In this document: positions 38,163 to 50,100 of the stretch, one piece after another
How the letters are laid out: every line of letters starts with the position of its first letter
How positions within the stretch are numbered: position 1 is the first letter of the stretch
Assembly (NCBI RefSeq): GCF_002571385.2
Contig: NW_019217877.1
Span: 568,150 to 632,149, forward strand
Source: Stylophora pistillata
Lineage: Eukaryota
DNA: 64,000 nt
Direction: 5' to 3'
Notes under the pieces: model-generated
What the model saw: only the letters and a program-made list of their open reading frames with translations
Database searches by the model: none
What the model was told of the DNA's origin: nothing
Program-made: the position numbers and the translations under genes

Positions 38163-40656
38163 AATAATATATGCTGTTTCAGTTATTTCTATCTCCTCCG
38201 GAAATAGTGAAATAAATATACAAAGTCCATACATCAGCATGTTAGAAATTGTATAAAATTAATAAAATTATTTTTTTTAAGTAAACTGCTCAAATTTACT
38301 CCCATAGAAGATTGTTTGAGAAATAGATAAACAGTACAAGATATGAGAAAAAAGGTCGCATGGCGCAAAACGGTACGCGTTGAGTGTTGAAAGTATGTAC
38401 TGTATACATTCTTCAGAAAAAAAACTTAACGAAAACTTGTTACTCCCGACAACCCGCAACAAAACCTTTTCGTTGTTAAAAGTATACTATCATGAATGGG
38501 TCAAAATCCGACTTTGGACAGGCGTTAGTCTGTTTCGGAACGGTTTCAACTGATTTCGGGCAGTTTCGCCTTACCTCGGACTGTCCGTCTGTTTTCAGAT
38601 GGTTCCATCGAATGCGTATGTACATGTCCGATTGCATGAAAAATCATTCTCATTTATATGCAATGACATTTACAGTCAAAATCATTTTTCTACACTCCAT
38701 TTTTGCCATGACTCGATTTTACAAGTCTCGTAACATGGTTCTTACAGGATTTCTCTCAGTTTACAAAGCTTCCAAACAATTCCTAAATTACGCCCGAGAG
38801 AGTGTTCTTAATTTATTTTTGCGTTTTTCAGTCAAGTGGAGGCTCTTTTCGCCATACGCGTTTCGTGTTGTTCACGCCTTCGCTTGTCTACATCCATCTG
38901 GAAAACGTAAAATAAAGACGCTTGATCTGTGGGTTTCTGACACAAAAGAGCTACTGATAGATAGTCAAACGACAGTCCTCCGTTAGAAGCTTGAGAAATA
39001 AAAAAAAGCCCCATACCCATACCCAGGAATGAGAAATTACTGATGAAACGAGTCATTTAGTCCCTTTCTGAAAACACATGCTTGAAATTCCAAATTTCGG
39101 CCTCGTTTTTCTGTAGGGTAAGAAAAAGACTCGTGCTCATAAGAAGAGAGCCCAGCCGTCTTGCAAAATACCGTGCACACGTGCCACTCCCTGCATAGCC
39201 GTGGGCGAGGAGTCGCAATGGCCTCCAGTTGACCTTCTGTAAGAGTGCATTAGAACCTTCTAGGTATCAATGATCTCTTCATACTGATTTTTTTTGTGCT
39301 TGAATCGTTTAGAAAACTAAAAGACCCGAGGCTATGACTCATAGCAGCGGTATCCATAATCGGCCAACCTCTGATTCTCTTTTTCATCGAAACTGTCAAG
39401 TGAATAAAGAAATAGATTATTCTGTAGATTCGCCAGTTTATGACTGCACTCGACCGCAAAATCAGCTACCCTGCGACGACTAATGTTTCATTCATTTTTT
39501 ATGATATTTTCTATGAAAGGACCTATTAGGAAAGCTAGGAATAGAGGGCTGAAGATCCCCAGTTTTGATAAATTTCTTGATGTAGGATTTTTGTTTCAGT
39601 TACATAAGAACAAAAACAGCATTGTTAACATTCTGTCAACTCTTGACCTACTTGCATATTATTTGAAGTATCTCTTTTTTTCTCATCAGTATTCGCTTTT
39701 AACTCACCCGCTCTCCAGCCTACACTACTTAAAATGATTCACTCATTCATAAACGGGTAAAAAGTTTTGCAAGCCTTGCACTTTATCAATCATAGTGTTT
39801 CCTGTTTTTTTTTTTTTTTTTTTATTCCTGCGTAATTCCCCTTTAGATTTAACAGGCCACATTAAATATGAGCGTTGTTGAGTATATCCTGCTTAGCTTG
39901 CAGGGTCAAAGTTTCTTTGGAGAACTGCTATTTTTGAACCAACTTCCTGAATAGATCAAAGAATCCATTCACTATTTCGGTTTGCCTTTTCTTGTTACAT
40001 GAAGTTGATAACAAAGGTACACGTGGAAAGTGTTGGGAGAAGTTGTGATTGGATCCGTAGCATACTTAATTTGTTCTTAAGTCGAACCTTGCCTTTACAC
40101 TAAACTTGAGGAGCTGACGTTTAAATTACTTCTCTCCGCTTTGGAGAAAGCAATTCTTTGCAAATTAAACCAAAATTGGAATTGAAATCGCTGCACGAGT
40201 TAATTTCGTAACGTTTTTGCGGTGATAATTCTATTAAGTTCTCACAACGCAAGTGAAAAATTGCTCGACGTGATCGGAACTAGGCAGCTTTCATGCACGA
40301 CTTCTTCGTGATGATTGCTCTTTGAGCCCGCGGCTATCGACGATGACAAAGCCAGGAACATACGGTTGACTTTAGACACTGTTCAAGTGTTCAATATGTC
40401 ATCTTTCATTGCTCAGGTCGAGTTACTCTTTCTTACTCAAACGAAACGGTAAAAAGAAACCAAAATTTATTAACGAGTCTGTTTTTTTTTTTTCTCCCCT
40501 GTTTAGCCAAAAAAATCTTCTTATTAGTCATTCTTATAAGATGATTTTTTTTTTTTCACCAAGCATCAACAAATCTTGTGACTATAATAAGATGATAATA
40601 TGATCTTAGTAATTAGATAGAAGGAACTTGATGAATTCCCTGGGACAATAGATCTT

Positions 40657-40763
40657 TTATCAGGTGATAAGCATGCCAGAAGTAAACAAACAATAACTAG
40701 ATCGTTCTATCGATCAGGCGACGCCGGCGCTTGCGTAAAAAGGAGCGAAGGTGCAGGTATAAA
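40657..40763 (+). promoter_or_regulatory. MYP-like gene proximal promoter: paired GATA sites, forkhead-like site and TATA box
   Basis: TTATCA-GG-TGATAA (40657-40670), GTAAACAAACA (40682-40692), TATAAA (40758-40763) 61 bp upstream of a Kozak-like GCACCATG. Confidence 0.55.
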
Positions 40764-40818
40764 TTGCAGTCGTTCAAGCTCAACGAAGGCAAGCGCAGCC
40801 AGGAGTGGAACTTGCACC

Positions 40819-43800
40819 ATGAAGGCTCTTGTACTCTCGCTGTTTCTTCTTTTTGCCCTTGTTCATGGATTCCCAAGTAGGTGTTTTTAAACTCGAGACT
40901 TTCTGGTGCATTTTAAATTGGTCACTTTTTTACATCACCATTGCTACTGTACAGTAGCAGCTAAATACCGAAGAAGAATTACCTCTTCCTGGGTAGTTTT
41001 CAGACGTGTTCCAGTGTATGTTTTTCGCAATTCAGACGGAAACTAAACGGCAGGGAGCATTATGAAATTAGTTGTATCTCTCAACTGAACATTTACCTGT
41101 ATTTTTCACAGAGCTCTGTGACAAGTTTTATTCATGCGTAATATGTTTTTGTAAGACAGCGGAACTGTTTCTGCCTATTCATATGCTCTTTTGTGTGCGT
41201 TGAAAGTTTTGTGGTTAGAGACAAATGTAGCGATGTGATCACTGACACGTATTTTATAACGGTAGGAAACCCGGGAAACACAAAATCTAAACAAGATTCG
41301 GACCAGAAGCGGAAATTTCAAGATAGAAATGTGGATGGACTAATGAAACAGGGCCACCAAGATGGTATGCCAGTGGTTCGTTGGTGCGTCACCAACCCTT
41401 GCGAGATGAAGAAGTGCGAGAGAATGGCCATGGAATTCAACTACAAAATCAGCCCTCGGATGCAATGGAGCTGCGTAATGGCGTCATGCAAAGAATCGTG
41501 CATGGACGAGATTCAACGTGGAAATGCAGACATCATGACAGCCGAAGGTGACGAGATTTACACGGCCGGCAAGATGCACGACCTAAAACCGATTATGGCT
41601 GAAAAGGAGGATCATGACCATGATACCAACTACGACAAGAAGTTTAAGAAGTTTGAAGAGCAAGACGGTACCCTCAAGCATTTCTCCATTGCTTTGATTA
41701 AGAAGTCATCCACCGGTATCAAAAGCTTCCAGGACTTAAACCAGACGAAATCGTGTCACCCTGGCGTGGACTCAAAAGCCGGTTTCAAATCCCCAGTCTG
41801 TTCACTGATAAAGAAGGACGTCGTGCCCAGCGTTGGAAATGTGTTTGAGAGCGCTGGGGAGTTTTTCAAAGAAAGCTGCCTCCCTGGCGTGCAGCAAGAT
41901 AAGTTCAACCCCAACATGACAAACCCGGAATCTCTGTGCAAGCTATGCAAAGGTATGTGAAACTTGAGGAATCTAAAGGTTTAAAGTTTCTCGTTAGTGA
42001 GCATTCCGGTAAATCAATACAGTTGCTCAGCGGGTGACCTGATATTCACGAAGAGTTCATTTTTTTCTTGAGATATTTTTCAAAAGGTTCTACAAACCTG
42101 ATGGCTCTGTGTAGTTTTATTTTTCGACCCAATGTCCGACAAGTGGATCATTTCTAACCTAAATTGATCGAACTAATTTGAATGAAGTTTTTATACAGGT
42201 TTTAGTGGGAGTTTACGTTTTTGCACCCATAGAAATGAAAGGAAAAATTTAAAACGAAAAAAATCTTATTATAGGAATTGTAGGACCTGTTTGCAGAGGA
42301 TCAAAAGTTGAAATGGTAAAATGAACGTTAAGATCTGTTCAGGTATGCGTACGTGCTGTAGGGAGGCCTCAGCCCAGGAAGTTTGGGGTCAAAAGGAACG
42401 GATGGTTTCGATCACGACTCTTTGATTCGAGGGCCGGAAAATCGCTTTAATTAATTATCGAATTTTTACTCGACTTAAAAGCAAATGTACAAGCCCGTGT
42501 TGAAACTACATTTCAGTAAAATTCTGTTTGACTAAAAAATAACTGAGACAAGAGTCTCACAAATGCGAAAAAATCAAATCGTTCGCTAAATAAACAGTGG
42601 ACAAATTGAACGCGAAAAGCAGATAATATTGCATCCCCAAGTCTGAAAGTGCCCTTTGATTATATAATATATCGCTTTTCTCTGAAATCATATCATGATC
42701 TTCCGTTCTCAGCAAAAGAAAATTATGAAGCGCTTTGGTGCCAAAAGTTCATTTCCTGTTTTCAGATAAAACAGAAAGTCGTCCGTTATGTATTATTTCA
42801 GATCTCGTTATGGGCGATAAAGTAAAGAAAAACAGATATGAGCTGAAATGGGGCAAAAGGTTCTTCCAAATCCAGTGTAAAGTGACACTCAAAAATAAGT
42901 ATTTCCTTTTTTTTCTATCAAGGGAAGCATTAGTTACTTACGTGCTTATTTTTAGGCTTACGGTTCAGGGTTCAACTCGAAAAAGATACTATTTCTCAAA
43001 AAACACATATCTGCTTCCCTTGGGCAGCACCTATGCATGTCACGGGAGAAAAGAGAAAATCTGTCGTTTATTTGTGTGATACGTGCCTCCACACTCAGTC
43101 TTACTGATATCGAATGAGGTGACTGCGGAAGAGATCATCATCTGTATGAGTTCAAAATTTTATTTTGATGCGCAGTAACCTTTTAACTATTCTGCAAAAT
43201 TCTTCAAGATCTCCAGTCACTATTTATTGCCGAGGGCGAGTTGTAGGGGGGTGGGGTGGGGGAGGTAAGCCTATACGCTTGTGAAATGCTGGAAAGTTGC
43301 TCACTGGAATGTCAACAAGTTGCTAAAAAATTGCTAAAATAACTAAATTTTAAAATTTGACTCCATGAACTTCTTGATGCTTTTCTATAAACCTTTATTC
43401 AAGGCTTTACTTTTCGTTATTTGCAATAATTGCCAACATCGGTCATGAAAAATAGTTTGAGTTGGCTTTACGGAGTTGCTCGCAAATAAAACCAGCATTC
43501 CAAATTCCAATTCGATCTGAAAACAGTGGACAAGAAGAGCCACCCAGTGGAATGTCCATTGCTAAATTATTTATTTATTTATTATTTATTATATGGGCAG
43601 ATTGAGATAAGGATCGCAAAAGGCCTGCGAAACGTTGTCAAGTTACGGGTTATGTTTTCTTTTATTACAATTCGTCGACATCTTCTTGATATGTGCTTTA
43701 AACCTATATTTTCCTCAAAAACTGCTCAGAAAGGAAAAATTAAAACTGCTCGAAGTTTTTAGGTGATTTCTATTTTCACGTGCTTTGATGCCCAAATAAG

Positions 43801-46800
43801 GTGATTTTGCGTACATAATAAATAGTCTGAAAAAAAAAATGAACGAAACAAACAAACAATCGAAGCAAGAATGAAAGTTAAAAAGAAAGAAAGAACGAAA
43901 GAAAGGACGAAAAGTAAAGGAAATGTGACAAAAAATCTGAAAGGTTACTTCTTTTACGTGTGTATTTCACTTAGGACAAGGAGACAAAGATGACAAGTTC
44001 TGCCAGATCCTCTCAGAAAAGGAGCCATACTATGGAGCTGACGGGGCCCTGAAGTGCCTCCGGGAGCGAGCAGGGGATGTGGCCTTCTTTCACTCTCACG
44101 ATATTATGCTGAAGTACGACACATTTTCAACCGAGTTTGATATCGTTTGCGAGACAAAGAAGCGTCCTCTGACATGGGTTAACCTTATGAAACCAGACTG
44201 TCATCTAACAGAGGAACATCCCCAGGTATACGACTTAATCGATTGTTATACATTTAATTGGCATACACTGAGCTGAAGATCCAGGGCAAGACTAGGCCTT
44301 AGTTTAGCCAGACTTTCGTTTGTGTTGATGAGAAACTTTCACAGTGCTCTATTCCATCCAAAAGTATAAAGCGGGTAACAACAATTCGTTTTGGTAGCCC
44401 TGTATAATGCAATGAGAGAGGTGGGAGAGGCTACTCGCTTTGAACCTCGCTCCTAGAGCCCAAAGGGACAAGGCCCTGAGAACGAGATTAACTTGATTTA
44501 TCATCTTCCACGGGAGGAGAAGCGATTTTATTTTGTGCCAAAGAAACCACAATGAGCTTTAGCATCGTGGCTCAATTTTGCTCTTGAGTAGAATTTCTAG
44601 TATTTCTTGTTGAGGTGACTGGAACGCAGGCGTCTCGCTGATTTAGAAGACAAATTCCTAGATACATTAATAAGAGTCCGATGCTCCATGATTCAGATAA
44701 TACAACAAATCTCCACTGTTCTCACTAAAGTCACAGCGTTTACTTCGTCCAAACAGGTTTTGATGGTAAATGGTAAGAAATCTAAGAAATGGATTAAGAC
44801 TTGCACTGACGCCCTTATGGACGCCTCAACAAAATTCAAATCACCAGCCAGTGGTGAGTTCGATATGTTTGACTCCATCCAATACTGCGCCAAGGACGAT
44901 AGTGATGACAAAAGAAGCGAGATGAAGAATGGGATGTTCAAGGTGGACATGAACCTCATGAAGAAGAAGGATCTGATCTTCAAAGACTGTTCTAACTCTC
45001 TCGTGCCCATCCCAGAGGTAATGCTGGTGTCACTGCTCATGCGTGGTCCCCTATTATGGTGGCTCTAGACGTCAGACAAACTAAAATTAAAATTTGGGAA
45101 AGCATTTAGCGTTAATATAATCGACGTTTAAAGGAAAATTACGGAATTTTGTTTCACCTCTGAATATTTATTCTCTCGCCAAACATTCAATATATATACT
45201 GAACGCAAAATAGCTCTTCTGATTTCATAGTTATTTGCCTGACACTGCTGCAAGGAAACATATTTCCTTGCAGTATACATACACATTATCATTTGCTGCT
45301 AACATGAGTTGCACCGTTAACCAGTATTCGTAAAGGCTATTTGGTTGCCTTAGGTTTCCAGTAACCGAAATGGGCGGGAAACAAACAAAAAACAAATAAA
45401 CAAAACAAAAAGGACGCGTAAAATACAAAAAAGGCAGAGAGATAAATTAAGACAGACAAAAACACCACAACAAGCTAAGTGGGGTCTTCGCTTATTAAAG
45501 ACTGCTCTTTTCTTTTATTTCAGGACAAAAGAACTTACGAGAAATTCCTTGGCATTGAAATGGTTGGGGTGTGGAAAGCCTGCGAGCAGCTGGAGCCCAA
45601 ACCCCGCGCTTTTATCTGTGTTGTTGGAGACGATCAAATGTCAAAATGCCAAGATATGATCACCAAATTCCAAACAATAGATGGTTAGTTTTTATGTACG
45701 CAGAGTAGATTTTTCATTGCGAACTTTTTCTTAGGAGATATTTTGCAGCAACGTTTGGATCATGCGCCAATCTTCTCAGGCAATTCTTGAAGTGTCCAAG
45801 CGGGAAGCCACTTATCTTTTATCTTGGCATTGTCACGATGTAGTGAACTCGGATCATCCTACAAATCTGTTTCATCCTGTAACGAAAAAAAAAAAAAACC
45901 CAACAGAAATTTTAGTGAATTAGATTATAGCTGTTTATTGACTTGAGATGAGTTTGCCAAGAAACGCCTGTAACTACATGTAGTTTACTGGAACTGTTCG
46001 TTCGTCAAATGCAAGCGAGAAATTTTGCAAAAGATTTGAGCCACCGGTTACCTTTTGCATCTTTAACAGAGGTCAGAAAAGTGTCCTGGGGCTGTATTGA
46101 GGCTCCCTCCAAACAAGAGTGCGTGGAAATGGTAGCTGATGGCCTAGCTGATCTGGTTGATCTCAACGCGACTGAAATGTTTGTGGCAGGGATGGATTTC
46201 AATCTGGCTCCTTTTGTAGCGGAGAATTACAAAGGGTAAGTATGACGATTTTACTATTTGATGGCAATCTGTTCCTTACATTTATACTTCAATGGGATAA
46301 GCGGGGCAATACCGACATAGAAAATATTTTAAGTAATGATAAGGAGTGAAAGAGTAGCCGTTAGCAAACATCTTTAAGGTGCGGTTAAGATGCCGGAATG
46401 AAAGGAGTGGATCTGACCCCCTCTTAGGCTCATAAAAGTGTTAAATCGTGTTATTTAAACAGCCTGTCATGCCCCTGATTGCAGGCCAAGACTCTCTCTC
46501 TCTCTCCATTCAGAGGAAAATCCTGTGTGTGCCTCTGTGCATTTCAGCGGCCGAAAATGCGGAAAGCAAATACTTCCAAACAATACATACAAAAGTACAG
46601 TCGGCTATGTCGCAATATTTTCTGTGAGAGTATGAAAATGCGTTGAATCTGTAAGTCGGAGATAGGTGCAAAGCTTTTCAATGGAGACAAAAGCGACGTG
46701 TTACATGGGCTTGTCATTTACTGCGTTTTAATTGAGTAACTTACTTCATGTACCAGTGCACGCCGTTAATTTACTGCCATTTTTTACTTTTGCTCTATTA

Positions 46801-47064
46801 GTAAAGATCCAATGACTGAAAGTATCACCATCGGTGTTATGCTTAAAGACAGCAGTGATATTCCAGGGGATATGCAGGGCTTGAAAATGTGCAATGCAGG
46901 TGTGGACAAACTCAGTGGATTCCTACACCCCATGGGCTGGCTCATGGCTAATGGCACCGTACCAAGAAGGACAACGCCTTTGGAATCAATTGGGTTAGTT
47001 TTAGTCATGCTATAAAAATGCGATTTTTTTAAGATTTAGAAAAATGGTACAACAGAGGCTCTTT

Positions 47065-47157
<93 letters not shown>

Positions 47158-50100
47158 ACTACGATCCTATCAACTTAAGCAGAGATAGATATTCAACATC
47201 GCTGTTGTACGATTGTTTTTTGTTCTTGATATTGTTTTCTTTTTTTACATAAATTATGTCACTTAAGTCATGTCCACGATAAGTAGATTACATTTACTAG
47301 ACTTAACATTAAGACGGAGATCAAAGAGCAAGTGCTTTTACTCGGGATAATTCTGATGAAGAAAATAAACCAAAACTCACAAACAAGAGTGATCTGGTGG
47401 TGAAGATACGCGTCAATCTTAACCTCTGTCATTTTTCAGAAAATACTTTGGCGAGAGCTGCGTTCCCGGTATTGACAAATTTGACTTGACCCGTCATCCT
47501 CTGCTTTCTCGCACGCTTGACTGGAGAGGTATGCTCAAAGACAAGATTGTAAGATGGGAAGACTGGTACAATGCGCCTCTCTGGCGTCAGTGGCAAGACA
47601 AGCAGGACGGTAAGACTGACGTCTATACCGCTATGCACAAGATCGAGGACTTCCAATCTCCAGAGTTTAAAGTAATGATTGCAAAAATGGGCTCCTTAAA
47701 TCCACGCATGCGTAAATACCACACACCGGAGATTCGCCAAATCCTTGAGAAGGTAAGTACTTAATACATCAAATAGGAAATATATCCCAAAGAGAGCCTG
47801 GTAAACGAATCTGGCCCGTGTTACTGCCCTTCCAAAATGCTCCCAATTGACGAGACTGCGTTTAAATCAGATTCCTGGAGCGTAAAGGTATTGAAAAAGA
47901 CGAAGAGAACACCATGCTTGCTTAGCGAACAGGATTTGCACTTAGGTATAGCTGAAGCTTCAAAAACTCAATCAAAGTTCAATTCCTCCAATTGAATGGT
48001 TCCACCTGCTTTAAAACCAAAATCTTATCTGGCTCTTAAATCTTGTGTCCACCAACTTCCTGTTGGCAAAATGACAGCTATCTTCATGTGGAAAAATTCA
48101 GATTTGAGCATTAAGCTGCATAATACACGTGGAAAACCTTACTGCCTCTTCCCACTGAGATTAAAAACTGTCAGTGCTGTATCGCAAACGGCAAGCCACA
48201 CTGGGGAGGCATTTTTCCAGGAAATAACTATTTTTAGGCTTTCTATCCGACCATCTCTTGGAACTGATTGCCTGCCAGTCGTGAAGATCAGGAAAGACGG
48301 TTTTCAAAAACCTAGCTATTAAACAGCATGCGCAATTTCGAGACACATTTGCATGTCGTTTTTCTTTCCTGACAGACTTACAAAGATTTCAAGTGGGAAA
48401 ACTACAAAGGCTTGGAAGATTTCTATGGCTTGAAGATGCCAGAGTGGAAGATGATCGGATGGGTGTGGCACAAACCAGAAGACTGGACAGAAGAGCAATG
48501 GGTGCTGTTCCAGATGTGGGCCGAGCGCTCCTGGAATCAAAAGGAAGACCTGGCGTCTTTCGTTGAGAAATGGACGGATATGGATTGGGAGATATTCAAG
48601 AGATGGATGTACGCAGAGTTTCAAGATTACTACACAAAGGATCAATGTTTATATCAGGATACCTTTATCAGGTAGTCAAGGACGAATCCAGGAGATTTTC
48701 AAAGGGGGTGGACTAAAAACATAAAGCCCAAATATGCTAGGAAATATTTTCACACAAGTAAATTTTGAAGGAACCTCAACTTGAGTTTCAACTGGCGATC
48801 CTGTTGTCCCNNNNNNNNNNNNNNNNNNNNNNNNNNNNNNNNNNNNNNNNNNNNNNNNNNNNNNNNNNNNNNNNNNNNNNNNNNNNNNNNNNNNNNNNNN
48901 NNNNNNNNNNNNNNNNNNNNNNNNNNNNNNNNNNNNNNNNNNNNNNNNNNNNNNNNNNNNNNNNNNNNNNNNNNNNNNNNNNNNNNNNNNNNNNNNNNNN
49001 NNNNNNNNNNNNNNNNNNNNNNNNNNNNNNNNNNNNNNNNNNNNNNNNNNNNNNNNNNNNNNNNNNNNNNNNNNNNNNNNNNNNNNNNNNNNNNNNNNNN
49101 NNNNNNNNNNNNNNNNNNNNNNNNNNNNNNNNNNNNNNNNNNNNNNNNNNNNNNNNNNNNNNNNNNNNNNNNNNNNNNNNNNNNNNNNNNNNNNNNNNNN
49201 NNNNNNNNNNNNNNNNNNNNNNNNNNNNNNNNNNNNNNNNNNNNNNNNNNNNNNNNNNNNNNNNNNNNNNNNNNNNNNNNNNNNNNNNNNNNNNNNNNNN
49301 NNNNNNNNNNNNNNNNNNNNNNNNNNNNNNNNNNNNNNNNNNNNNNNNNNNNNNNNNNNNNNNNNNNNNNNNNNNNNNNNNNNNNNNNNNNNNNNNNNNN
49401 NNNNNNNNNNNNNNNNNNNNNNNNNNNNNNNNNNNNNNNNNNNNNNNNNNNNNNNNNNNNNNNNNNNNNNNNNNNNNNNNNNNNNNNNNNNNNNNNNNNN
49501 NNNNNNNNNNNNNNNNNNNNNNNNNNNNNNNNNNNNNNNNNNNNNNNNNNNNNNNNNNNNNNNNNNNNNNNNNNNNNNNNNNNNNNNNNNNNNNNNNNNN
49601 NNNNNNNNNNNNNNNNNNNNNNNNNNNNNNNNNNNNNNNNNNNNNNNNNNNNNNNNNNNNNNNNNNNNNNNNNNNNNNNNNNNNNNNNNNNNNNNNNNNN
49701 NNGGGGTGGTGGTGTTAGGGACTGAGTTAGTCCGGTTTTATCTTTTTTTTTACCGCGGAAAAAAAGAAGAAAAAGCTATCGATATTTTTGAAGCTTCAAT
49801 GTTGACGTAAGAATACCTAGTAAGGCTTAATGTGTAGATAATATTTTCCAAAACCCATCTCTACCTATATGCGGTTAACTAGTTTCGCTTACCAATATTT
49901 TGAGAGCTTTAAAGAGTTAAACATGACTCATTAGGCCAGTGATTCTTTATAGTCCAGCGACATTTATCAATAATATTCATTTTATTGTACCACTGTAGAC
50001 TTTCGCTAATGTGCTCTCGTTACCATTGGCTGTTGAATGAATGGAAAAACCTCCAGTATGACGACATCGACACGAAACAATGCCGTGAAAAGTTGTGCAA

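Noticed and set aside
40021-40053. ERSE-like CCAAT/CCACG pair between ATF6 and the MYP-like gene (also ~4759-4790)
   Set aside because: Spacing is about 19-21 nt, not the 9 nt required for an ERSE.
42280-43140. Possible inserted element in MYP-like intron 2; similar unexplained block at ~38480-39250
   Set aside because: No TIRs, TSDs or coding remnants could be established by eye.
48765-49725. 317-aa and 314-aa ORFs
   Set aside because: Artifacts of the N gap.
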